This document shows positions 50,399-61,244 of a stretch of DNA of 64,000 nt, piece by piece; positions within the stretch are counted from its first letter, which is position 1, and each line of letters begins with the position of its first letter. The notes beneath the pieces are model-generated. The model had not been told where the DNA came from and did not search any database. It worked only from the letters and a program-made list of their open reading frames with translations. Origin of the DNA: Nemertoderma westbladi (Eukaryota; Animalia; Xenacoelomorpha); assembly GCA_032718475.1 (NCBI GenBank), contig JAUCBJ010009040.1, positions 1-64,000 on the forward strand. The letters run 5' to 3'. The translations under genes and the position numbers were made by a program.

Positions 50399-53300
50399 TT
50401 ACGTTATGGAGTCCCTAGATATTTGTTGGATTAGGGAGGTGGTCGTGGGAAGAGTATCTTGCCTTCCATAGTTTCCGGACAGTTTTCGGTCTCTTTCCGG
50501 TAAACATAAACGACCAGCTGGGCGATTGAGTGGTTGTGTTACTTTCTCCGCTCCCTTGGCCTGTCTAATCTTCGCCGGGTTAAGATGGGGAGGCCATTCA
50601 TCTTCTTTACTTAGGAAGTCGGGTTCACCTAACCAGTCTGGAGTATCTGTAAGTTCTTGAGGAGTTGCTCCTCTGGAGGCGATGTCGGCTAGATTGATCG
50701 TCTCGGGGCAATGTCTCCATTGATCTACATTGGAGTTGATGTTGTCATTATCTGAGGAGTATGGTGTTCCCTCAGTTGGGTCGTCAACTTCACTGCTCTC
50801 CACTTCTCGTTCACTTAATTGATATACCTGTTCTTTTGGTAATCTTTCCATAAGAGTTCTACGAGAAGGGCCAGTAAAGTACCAACCTACTCTAGTTCTT
50901 CCTGCATAAACTTGTAGAGGTTGCGGTTGAGCAGGCCGTTTCTCCAATGTCTCGAGCGCTTCATGCGCATTTTGACCGATGAGTATTTGGACTCCAGGGT
51001 AATCGGTGTTGAATCTAGGTATTTCAAATTGCTGGGTGAAATCGTTCTCATCCCAGTTGTAAGGTTCCACTTGGCTGGTCGCGAAGTTCTTTATCGCTAA
51101 CATTTTTACTGACCTTATGCTGTGTTCTCCTAGTTCATCCTGGGGGGTGGACAACGCACCTACATAATAATCTGCGATTACTGTAGATTTCCAAACCTGC
51201 ATAATTCCTGACATGTTTAGCTTGGTTCGGAACTTGGGTTGTCCAGCAAAGATGTCTTCGGCTAGTTCTTTGTCGATGAATGTTCCTGTACTACTGGAGT
51301 CAAGGAGGGCGTTCACTACATAACTCCTTTTAGGTCCGTGGACCCTTACCTGTACTACAGGAAATTCTCGGATTCCTACATTGGAAGGTGGTGCTTTCCA
51401 AGATGGTTGTCTGTCAGAAGTAGTTAGTGGGGGCTCGCTGTCGGTGTCTTTTTCATACGTAAGTGCTCGATACACTGCGGTATTTGTTAGGTAACAGGAT
51501 TCGTTTTCGTCGGAGAATTCGTCCGTATAGAATCCTTCCATCTCAGAATATTGGTCAGTGTCGTTCACATCACTGAATTGGACATGTAGTTTGGACTCAC
51601 TTACCTGACTCGGGCTGTTTCGTTCGAATTCCGTGTGCAACAAGATATGATGTTTTGCGCCGCACTTTGCACACCTTACGTCGGAGTAACAGGTTCGCCG
51701 TTGGTGTCCTCGTCTGAGGCAATTATAACACAACCGCTTATCCCACATGACTTCACGTCTGTCCTTTAGTGATTTCCTCAGGAATTCATCACACGCACTT
51801 AAACGGTGGGGCCCATCGCACAGCACACATTTGGGCTTGATGTTACTTACTTTAACATGTGCTGTGTGGTGCACGTTCGTTCTTTCCTCGGGTTTTCTCA
51901 CCTGAATTCTCTTGGGAGACGTAGGAGGAGTTTTTCTTACCTGTTCTCTCCTGTCATTGGTTCGAGACTTGAATTTACTTACCTGGTCTTTAGGCGTTTT
52001 ATTGACATAATAAGATCTTTCAGTGTCTTTCCCGCTATCCTCTCCTTGAGAAGTCTGGCTTTCGCCGTCGTCTGTATAACACACTGGTGTTACCCTTCTC
52101 CTAGAAACGGGTTTCTCACTTACCTTGTTTTCCAGTGTCTTCTCTCTGGACTGCCTTAGGAGCTGTAATTTCACTTCTCCATCTAAGAATGACATGAGAT
52201 CAGCCATGTTAGGGTCTCGTCGTTGTTGTTCCATCATATATAACACTTTCTTGTCCCAGCGTGTACCTACTCCACCCTTGGGCAAAGTAGATGCTAAGGC
52301 TCCTACAACCATAGAATTCTGGTATTCATGAGACTTACCTAACCAATCTAGCTGTCTACAGATCTCCTGAATTTCGTCGGAAAACTCTATAATCCCGCTG
52401 CTAAGAAACTTTCGGGGCGCCATTAATTTTGCATACAAATACCTAGCTATGTTAGTCCTATTACCATACCTGATGTTTATTGTATCCCAAACTTGTCTTA
52501 ATCCATCTGGATGTCCAATAAACTTTAACGCCATTAACTTGGGAGATCCCTCCAAGCACTCGATGAGGAATCTAAGCTTTTCTCCGTTAGATAACACGGA
52601 GTTCTGTATGTTATCTTTGTAATATTCATTAAAAGGTAACCATTTCATCTCATCTCCATTGAACTTGACGATCTCTCCCATCTTTACCGCTTGACGGGCT
52701 TCGGTTCTAGCCATTTGACGCGTAAAACTTTCTTGGGCCATCGTATTATTTAATATCGAGTTATCGGTATATAAATTTCTCGGATTATGATCCGGTCTAT
52801 AGGGAATATCATTATCAACAGGTCTATAATTACTCTTAATAGGGTTCACTATAGGAGTTTCTACTTCGCTAGCAGTATAGATGCGTGTAGGCTCCACACC
52901 TTGCGCATGAGATACTTCAGACCTAACAGGTTGACACATTGTTACGGGGGGTGTTGGTATACCCTTTTGTGTATTTACTAATTTATCGCGTTCTAGCGCG
53001 ATACTTTGCTGCACTTCTTGCAACTCTAATCTACTTTCCCTTACTGTGCCCTTGAATTGCTGAACGGTCTCCTGCATCTGTCCGAGCAGGAGATCCATCC
53101 CCCGTCGTCTCTCATCCACCCATTCAACCGCCGAAGCGGGATTCGCCAACGTTGTAGCAGGCGGACGAGGGACAACGGGCGACAAATCATGAATATTTCG
53201 CTCGGAGTCCAGGGCATGAACTGTCTCATGGGCTGTTCTGCTGGGCACAGGTAGCTTAGTGCTGTGCAAAGGGAATTGAGAGGTAGGTTCAGGGAGTACA

Positions 53301-54436
53301 GGTGTCTCTACGACCGAAAGGGTGGCTTCGGGAACAGGCCTAATTATTTCAGGCTCATCTACTATAGTAGGGAGTCTTTCTATTGTAATTATTTGGTCTG
53401 TGGGTTCTGTACTACCTAAGTTGGTGTTATTTAGTTGCCTTCTAACAGCTGGTGGCAAATCAGGCAATTTCTGACGGTGGAATGTTCTTTTACGTCTGCT
53501 TATGTGAGATCTATTTCCTTTGCCTTCAGTATCGGTGGTATCGCCTTCCTCAGATGATGTATATCCCTGTCTTTTGGGAGTAGATCGATTCATCATCTGC
53601 ATATTACTAGCTGTTAACTGTTTATTTATGCAGTCTTGATTCTCCTGAATATTTTCCAATTCTAATTGGGCGATCTCTTCAGCCGCTATCCGTTCTGCTT
53701 CTGCCGCTGCCATTGCCGCTTTTCTTTCCATTTCAGCTGCTTTTCTTTTCGCTTCTGCCTCTGCCGCTGCCGCTTTTCTTTTCGCTTCCGCTTCTGTCTC
53801 TGCCGCTGCCGCTGCCGCTTTTCTTTCCATTTCGGCTGCTTTACTTTCCTCTTCGGCTGCTTTCCTTTCGGCTTCTGCAGCTGCTACTGCTGCTTTCTTT
53901 CTGTCTTCTATGCGTTTTTTCTTCACCCTTTCTTCTTGGTCTCTAGCGATGCGGAGTTGTTCATCGAATTTAGCTTGGTTCGCCGCTAACCTATCCACAT
54001 CAATTGCGTCCAACACACGCTGGGCTCCTTCACTATTAGGGCTAAGTCCATCTAGCCTTCTCCTCAACTCTTCATCTCCCAAAAAACGCTGATAGTCTGA
54101 CAGATAGATGTCAATGGCATCCCTCTTATGCGGTTTCTCTGCCGTCGCTTCACTTTCCACTTGGGAAAAAGTAGCGTCTGTTGATTCTCCATGGGTTGAG
54201 CGCTCCTCCAGCTGAGCTTTCCACTGAGCTGTTCCTTGAACCTGGAGACTCACCCGTTGAAACCAAGTCTTTACGGCAACTTGCAACGACGTGTCTTGTC
54301 TTCTTTTAGAAGCCTCCTCAAAGGCTGATAAGATTAGCCTGATTCGTAGAATTCTTTCTCTAACTTGATAAAGCAGTTGTCCCTGCTCTTGAGGTCCTTG
54401 GGGTTGTTGAAACAGTTGTTTTTCTACTCGCTCCAT
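50399..54436 (-). CDS. gag: Bel/Pao Gag-protease ORF fused in frame to short pol remnants (1345 aa)
   Basis: Capsid-like motif, three zinc knuckles, LLDSSS (protease motif with G>S), then jumps to QWRHCP..N.ADIASRG and to the final LNRP..RLCL peptide. Confidence 0.85.
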   Translation of the reverse strand: MERVEKQLFQQPQGPQEQGQLLYQVRERILRIRLILSAFEEASKRRQDTSLQVAVKTWFQRVSLQVQGTAQWKAQLEERSTHGESTDATFSQVESEATAEKPHKRDAIDIYLSDYQRFLGDEELRRRLDGLSPNSEGAQRVLDAIDVDRLAANQAKFDEQLRIARDQEERVKKKRIEDRKKAAVAAAEAERKAAEEESKAAEMERKAAAAAAETEAEAKRKAAAAEAEAKRKAAEMERKAAMAAAEAERIAAEEIAQLELENIQENQDCINKQLTASNMQMMNRSTPKRQGYTSSEEGDTTDTEGKGNRSHISRRKRTFHRQKLPDLPPAVRRQLNNTNLGSTEPTDQIITIERLPTIVDEPEIIRPVPEATLSVVETPVLPEPTSQFPLHSTKLPVPSRTAHETVHALDSERNIHDLSPVVPRPPATTLANPASAVEWVDERRRGMDLLLGQMQETVQQFKGTVRESRLELQEVQQSIALERDKLVNTQKGIPTPPVTMCQPVRSEVSHAQGVEPTRIYTASEVETPIVNPIKSNYRPVDNDIPYRPDHNPRNLYTDNSILNNTMAQESFTRQMARTEARQAVKMGEIVKFNGDEMKWLPFNEYYKDNIQNSVLSNGEKLRFLIECLEGSPKLMALKFIGHPDGLRQVWDTINIRYGNRTNIARYLYAKLMAPRKFLSSGIIEFSDEIQEICRQLDWLGKSHEYQNSMVVGALASTLPKGGVGTRWDKKVLYMMEQQRRDPNMADLMSFLDGEVKLQLLRQSREKTLENKVSEKPVSRRRVTPVCYTDDGESQTSQGEDSGKDTERSYYVNKTPKDQVSKFKSRTNDRREQVRKTPPTSPKRIQVRKPEERTNVHHTAHVKVSNIKPKCVLCDGPHRLSACDEFLRKSLKDRREVMWDKRLCYNCLRRGHQRRTCYSDVRCAKCGAKHHILLHTEFERNSPSQVSESKLHVQFSDVNDTDQYSEMEGFYTDEFSDENESCYLTNTAVYRALTYEKDTDSEPPLTTSDRQPSWKAPPSNVGIREFPVVQVRVHGPKRSYVVNALLDSSSTGTFIDKELAEDIFAGQPKFRTKLNMSGIMQVWKSTVIADYYVGALSTPQDELGEHSIRSVKMLAIKNFATSQVEPYNWDENDFTQQFEIPRFNTDYPGVQILIGQNAHEALETLEKRPAQPQPLQVYAGRTRVGWYFTGPSRRTLMERLPKEQVYQLSEREVESSEVDDPTEGTPYSSDNDNINSNVDQWRHCPETINLADIASRGATPQELTDTPDWLGEPDFLSKEDEWPPHLNPAKIRQAKGAEKVTQPLNRPAGRLCLPERDRKLSGNYGRQDTLPTTTSLIQQISRDSIT

Positions 54437-54451
54437 AGAGCTGAAGAATCC

Positions 54452-55051
54452 CTATGCGTATCCGGCTGCGGACCTCTTCCACACAGCTGGATCGGTGGTC
54501 TCCTTGGCTACTCCCATCCGGTGTATGTCTTCCCAGGCAGCTTCTGATAAATCAAACGGGAGTCCGGGTCCGGGGAAGTTCCATTGCGACTCGACCATAG
54601 ACTTCAGTTCTTCCCTTGTGTATCCCTCATAACTATCTTTAGTTAATCGCTTACTTCTCGCCCAATCGATCTGGTGTTCTTCCACCGCGATCAATAACCT
54701 AGTGAGTACGGCTGCAGGAAGGATGAGAAGGGGATCCGAATAAACCGCATCCGTCATCCTTGCTCCGCGCTCGGGTGTCAGCTCTACAGTATCTTCACTA
54801 CTGGAGCTGTCGGGCCGCTGAGAAATAAGTTCTTGGCTCGCGGGTTGTTGCTGTTCCGCTGCTTCTTGGTCCCGCTTGACCTGAGCTCGAGTGCCTATGA
54901 TAGACCTACGGTGTTGGACTAGCCTAGGGTCTGAGATTACTACAGTAGGGATGGCCTTTCTTACAGCAGGAGGTGACTTAGACTTGGATCTAGGATGTTC
55001 TATACTTGGATCTGGGTCACTGATCTTTTTAAGACACTTTCTGACAGTCAT
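54452..55051 (-). pseudogene. gag: Gag N-terminus of copy 2, separated from the main ORF by one in-frame TAG
   Basis: GGA TAC GCA TAG GGA TTC vs copy 1 GGA TAT GTA CAG GGA TTC; same frame as 50399-54436. Confidence 0.85.
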
Positions 55052-57602
55052 TCTAACACTATCTAGGAGACTATCCGACAGTGATTGGGTTGTGTCAGAA
55101 ATGTTTGATTGTACAGTTGAATGCCTACTGCTAGATTACAGTTTAAGCAAGTGTAGTAATTCAGCATTAACTGCTAGCCTAGTAATTAATTACCGATACT
55201 GCTACTCAGTGTAGCGTGATATATATATAATATTAGAATACCGGTATGCTTATAGTATATATAAGTATTATTAGTAACTAGAATTAATTACAGAATACCG
55301 GTATGATTTCAGCCTAAATTTATATATATATAATAGGCCTATCGTGAATACCGGTATACAGCTTACACTTATAATGTATATATATAAGTATAATTACAGA
55401 CTAGAATTAATTACAGAATACTGGTATGATTTCAGCCTAAAATTTATAGAAATAAATATAATAAGCCTATTGTAAATACCGGTATGTCAATTATTTTAGA
55501 ATAATTGAATTTCTGAATTTTAAGGGTTACTTGGTTGCTTTAACTTACTTTATTACCGTTATTTAAGCAGTAGTCCAACTGATATTGAGACCTAATTGTT
55601 GTATGCCAGGCCTACTATTTATAAATCGTTTGAGTTGATTTATAATATATATATAGACCGTTTAATGGGTTTTGTCAATGTTTGAAATAAATGTTATTAT
55701 CTCTGGGGGAGTCACTACACATAAGCTGTGCGCTCTCAGTGGAGTGCTACTTGTTAGACACTAAAACAAATAATTCTAATTTACCTAAGTTACTTAATAC
55801 TACAAATTACGTACAATTTGGGTTGAGATTACAATCTCTAAATAAACACAAAAAATTTAATTACAAATACACAAATACAAATTTTTAGGGTAATTTTACA
55901 AGAAGTCTACTAACCAGCCTAACAAAGGGTTAGAATATCTGGTTATTACAACGGACAGGTTACTACGGTATTTGAAAATAATAAGTAGTAGTAAATATAC
56001 TGCGTTGTCCAGATAGGAAAATACCACCGCCTGACGACCTATAACCGTATCGCTATAGGTACTACGTCAGTGAAGTGCTACTTATTGGACACTAAAACAG
56101 ATAATTCTACTTCCTAAGTTACTTATCTACGAATTACTTACGATACGGGTGAGATTAAATCTCTAATTAAACACAACAAAAATATTACGTACGAAATTTT
56201 ATGGTAATTTTACAGGGAACTACAAACCAGTCTAACAGAGGGTTAGATTTTCTGGTTATTACAATGGACAGGATACTACGGTATTTGAAAATAATAAGTA
56301 GTAGTAAATACACTGTGTTGTCCAGATAGGAAAATACCACCGTCTGACGACCTATAGCCGTATCGCTATAGGTACTACGTTATGTATCACGGAGTGTCCC
56401 TACCTAGAAGTTAATTACCGCGGTCTACCAGAACCAACGTGCCTATTAACCACTTTACAACACAAATATACTGCCTACACTCTAATTACCTTCGGAAAGC
56501 ACTGTACACTAAACCCTAAATTAGGTACGAGTACTTGTACAACAGATAATCAGTAGTTAAAAATACTTGAACAGCTAAAAGAACCACGGCATCTGCTGGA
56601 GTGACCAGTGCACAAAATCACCAGTCTTTACCTACGCCGAGCAGCCCTGATGTAGTACCGGGGTTAGTTTAACTATAACGGTATGTATAACAAACACAAT
56701 TACTGTAGGAATAAACTTGGGGATATAAATGTTGCGAATAATAGCATAAACTCTGAATAATAAATATTACGCTACGCGTACAAACTACTCAAACAAAATG
56801 CAGACCAAATACTGACAGACTACTATCAAGCCTAAACAAACTACGGTATATGCAGACTCCGAAATGATTAGTTAGTATGCGTTCTAACCCAGTAGTACGA
56901 CTTATTCTTTCACAGGGGGTTTACCTCACAGCACTTGAAGCCCCTACTTTCCTAACTTAGCACTTTATCGGACAGATGCTCTACACACACCGAAATTTCC
57001 TCAAACCCAACAACAGCCAGACAACTATCCAGCCTACAAATTATCTAAATAAAATTATACGCTACCCGTACAGACTACACAAACAAAGTACAGACCAAAC
57101 GATGGCAGACTACTATCAAGCCCAAATACACTACAGTATATGCAGACTCCGAAATGATTAGTTAGTATGCGTTCTAACCCAGTAGTACGACTTATTCTTT
57201 CACAGGGGGTTTACCTCACAGCACTTGAAGCCCCTACTTTCCTAACTAGCACTTCATCGGACAGATGCCCTACACACACTGCAATCCGTTCAGACTTAAC
57301 AACAGTTAGACAACAGTCAAGCCTACAAATTATCTGTACAATCTGAGCAGGCTTACACGCCTTCTGCTCAATACTGGCTTACAAATAAATAAAACTTGAC
57401 AGAAATAAGTAAAATCTCAATAAAAAACCAGGGCTGCAGTCCCTGATTAATTATTAAGGCCTACCGATATAATTATCAAAATCGAATAATACTGCTGTAC
57501 CTATACTGTAAGTACCGGTTCGGGTGATCAGGCAGTCAGGCCTACAGGTTTCCGGTCGACCGGTACTTTCGACTTGATTGCTTACGCCGCAATCCAGAAG
57601 CA

Positions 57603-57613
57603 ATATCTGTTAT
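57603..57613 (-). promoter_or_regulatory. Non-tRNA primer-binding site of copy 2, complementary to LTR-internal 58326-58336
   Basis: Minus-strand ATAACAGATAT abuts the LTR end; the LTR contains minus-strand ATATCTGTTAT. Confidence 0.65.
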
Positions 57614-58769
57614 TGTTTGCGCTTTTAAGACCTTTGACAGTTTAACCTGCCAAATTAGGATGTCTTTTAGATGATATATAGTCTTTAGCCTATGACGAGT
57701 ATTTGATACACTACATTAGCCGAAGCCAGTCTATGCGCAATCATTCACCCGCTGGATATACCCGGGAGACTGAATTCGGAAGCTTAATGATTGATGGTGT
57801 AAGCCTACCGTATTATTCGACTGATCGTAATATATAATCTCTGACAAATATTATTCACTTTTGGGAAATATTAACAGTTCCTTTAGGACATGGCGCTCTA
57901 ATTATGTAAACAGAGTTATGACTTAAACTAGACACAACGAAAAGGCTATAGATTCACGTATATGGCGCATTCTTTAGGAGATGCTTTGTTATCAGTTACA
58001 ATCATACACAATGCTGCACAATACTGCACACCAATCTGCCGACCTTCACTAATTTTAGTCACATACAAAGAGAATAACAGACAATACATGTAGGGCCTAT
58101 AAAATAGCATTAGATTCACTTCAAACCACTTAACATAGGTCGCAATCGTTTATCTGTAACCGGTCTCTCTAACCTTTAGTATATCAAGAAGGTTGGGTGT
58201 CTGACTATTGATCAGTATTCCAAATATAATCTTCCATCAACAAATATAATGAATAACCGACAGCAAAAGCAGTAATGTTAAGTAAGATATGCATGATATG
58301 TTTAGGTAAGATCGTAATTAACTCGATAACAGATATACGTTCTATAATTAAGCCTACTAATGTAAGACTAAAGACTGAAACACGGAGGTGCCAAAAGCTG
58401 GTGTTCTTAGGCTCTGGGCAAAAACATAACACTGAATTGCTGAGTTTCTGTATCCACCTCCAACACAGAGACAAAAAACGCTCTGATTGGTCGACCGAAC
58501 AATGAGAGAACAAAGAAACAAAGAAATGTCGACGTGGCAATATCAGCTGTTAGCCGTCGTCATGGTAGCGACACTGTTTTCAAGAGTATCGAGCTTATTG
58601 CGTCCCGAAATTGCGGATTATGTCCTCTAAAGTACAAATACAGAAGAAATAGCTTTTATGTCCTCTAAAACACCAGTACAGTAAGGACACGGCCTTTTTA
58701 TGCCCAGTAAACCAACTACAGAGTACTTTACGGGGAAAATAACCGGCTAATTACGCAAAAGCTTTTACA
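57614..58769 (-). repeat. 5' LTR of Bel/Pao copy 2
   Basis: Minus strand TGTAAAAGC...GCGCAAACA; TSD GCATT at 58770-58774. Confidence 0.95.
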
Positions 58770-59456
58770 GCATTGATTATTGAACTTTGATTATTACTTT
58801 TATTATTGATTATTGAACGTGCGTTTGGAAATAAGTTCGTGCTACCCTTCCGTGGGTGGTAGATGTCGCGTTTATGTATTGGGGGGATATGGGGGGGGGG
58901 GGGGTGCAGATTAAAAGGGGTGAACACGTACTGTCCCCCTTTCTTTGATTAATTGGTGGTGTGGGATAATCTCTCATAACCTGATTTTGTGATACAGTCG
59001 CACAATTTTAATTTGTATCTCATAACTGGGCCTCGTGCTGCGCGAAGGCCCCACGAACGTGTTTGATTGTTTATACATGACCTACCTTATACAGATTATG
59101 TTTAATTTGTTTACCTTTACTGGAGCCACTGCTTATTAATATTACGAGGTAATCAAATTATTGTCTCATGCTCAGTCGTCAGTCTGACTTGTTGGCAACT
59201 AATTCGAATGTAATTGTTATTATCGATATTCGATTAAGTATTGGAAATTAACACTTCTTATTATAACTGTAATGTACTGTAGTAGAATTTTAGTAGTACT
59301 GTATAAAAACGTTATTGAAACTCTTTGCAATTGCCGTAGCACTGTCGAGTTTGAAGAAAAGGTGCTGGAAGTGTGTGGGTCTTGAGACACATTAGAACTG
59401 GAAGTCAAACAAGTCGTTTCATTCTCTAGCTGGGTTAAATCGTATTTATATATATA

Positions 59457-59728
59457 TACTAACAGGCAATACCCGAGGCATGTTACCCGGTATTTCCCGC
59501 TACCGGCATAGGCCTACTGGCGTACTGGTACCGGTATAGGCCTACTGACGTACCGGTACCCAGTACCGGTACCGAACGTGAATTAAACTTTTCGAAAAGT
59601 GGCCTATAACGACCGCTGGTTAAAGTTATACACACATGCCAAGTTCCAGCGCAATCCCTCCGCCCGTTTTGGAGGAGTTCGAACACACAGAGAGAGAGAG
59701 AGAGAATTTGATTTTTATAGGTATAGAT
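59457..59728 (+). mobile_element. Short Helitron-like non-autonomous element
   Basis: ACTAAC...CCCG..ACCCGG start; CATGCCAAGTT..., (AG)n microsatellite and TTTTATAGGTATAGAT end. This architecture is typical of short invertebrate Helitron derivatives. Confidence 0.45.
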
Positions 59729-59748
59729 ATATAGACAGACACTGGTCT

Positions 59749-60278
59749 TGTAAAGGCTTTTGCGGATCTAGCTAGTCATTTTCCCCGCAAAGTACTCTGT
59801 AGGTGTTTTAGCGGACATAAAAAGCCGTTTTCTTACTGTGTAGGTGTTTTAGTGGACATAAAAAGCCATTTTTCTGTATGTGTACTTTAGCGGACATAAC
59901 AAGCCATTTTATGCCGCAATACGCCAAAATACTCTTAATACAGTGTAGTTCAGATGACGACATCTATCAGCTGATATGTCGATGTGGAGCTTTTGGCTTT
60001 CTTTGTTCAGGCTCACTCGACCAATCAGGGCGATTTTCATTTTATTTGTACAGAAGCCTATGGGAAATCGCGCAATGCATGACGGTCTTTGTTTACCTTT
60101 TTTCCTGAGCCCAGAACATCGGCTTTGGAATTATTCTGTGTTTCAGACTTTAGCCAAACATTAGAACGGCTTTGATCATAGAAACGTATAACTGTTATCT
60201 CAAGTCACAACTCAACATACAACTCAGCCCAGAACATCGACCTTTCACCGCATTATTTTACTGCTATTTACTGTCGGC
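59749..60278 (+). mobile_element. Truncated LTR (U3-R part) of a third variant of the same Bel/Pao family
   Basis: TGTAAAGGCTTTTGCGGAT start, colinear with 22850-~23352, including CCAATCAGGGCGATTTTCA and GAAACGTATAACTGTTATC. Confidence 0.85.
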
Positions 60279-60416
60279 ATGTGGCATGATATTCTACTGT
60301 ATAACCAAAACAATAACCTAAATTTAATAGAACAGTTTGATTACAGTATTATTTTTAGGAGTAATCAGCTGTTATTTGTGTCGATTTCCCGAAATATTGT
60401 TATTGCATAAATAAAT

Positions 60417-61244
60417 CGATGGTGTTTTATCATAACGACTCAAATGTCATCTTTGTCAAAATAGAGTTTTGGTGTTTTTCTGCATATTTAGACTTCTACG
60501 AATCTTCTATTAAAGTATTAGATCCTAGAGTTGTTGCGTGTGCTTGAGTTACAGCGCATTTCAGAAAATTGCATAACCACTCAAATGCCAATTTTACATT
60601 AAGTCAAGGGAAACGGCTTTTTTTTTCATAACCACTTAAACCCATAGCCCATCATTACAGATAAGGAGATGGTGATTGAAACTCGTCCCTTACAGACTCA
60701 ATATACTATCAATGGGCGGGAAATTCGAATTGTAACTTCTATAAGTACTTCTTTACATGACTGTTTCTTTCAGATTTCAGATTAAATAAATATTTTACAT
60801 TTTTAATTGACATTTAATTGAATACCGGTAATTGTGTTTGTTCAAACAATGCACTGTATTGGTCATGAAGTCCAGGTTTTATGGAGCCGAAGGTGATGGA
60901 TAGGAGGAAAGATAGTTAGCAGTTCATGAAAAGACTGTCTCGGACAGATTTCACTGATTGTTTTGTTCGTATGCCTAACATATTAATAGATATGTCGTTA
61001 TGAAAAATCACAATTTAAGTGAAAAAATTTTGCATAACCACTCAAATCCTAAAAAACATCGATAAATTGGTTAAATGTCACTAAAAATCCTAATTGTGGT
61101 GTTTTACCGCATGAATGATTTATTATCTACCTTATGAAACCAAAAATTATCTCTTAGGTACCATAGGGGAATTAGAATGTAGAAAAATGCTCCCCTGAAC
61201 AATTAGGTTTTTGAGTGTTGAGTGGTTATGATAAAACACCATCG
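60417..61244. mobile_element. MITE with ~27-bp TIRs and 4-bp AAAT TSD (Sola1-like)
   Basis: aaat|CGATGGTGTTTTATCATAACGACTCAA ... TTGAGTGGTTATGATAAAACACCATCG|aaat. An AWWT TSD is the described Sola1 preference. Confidence 0.7.

Larger units (their letters stand above)
45978..58769 (-). mobile_element. Bel/Pao LTR retrotransposon copy 2 (12.8 kb), internally deleted and non-autonomous
   Basis: LTRs at 57614-58769 and 45978-47136, 5-bp TSD GCATT. gag-PR is homologous to copy 1; RT/RH and IN are missing. Confidence 0.95.
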
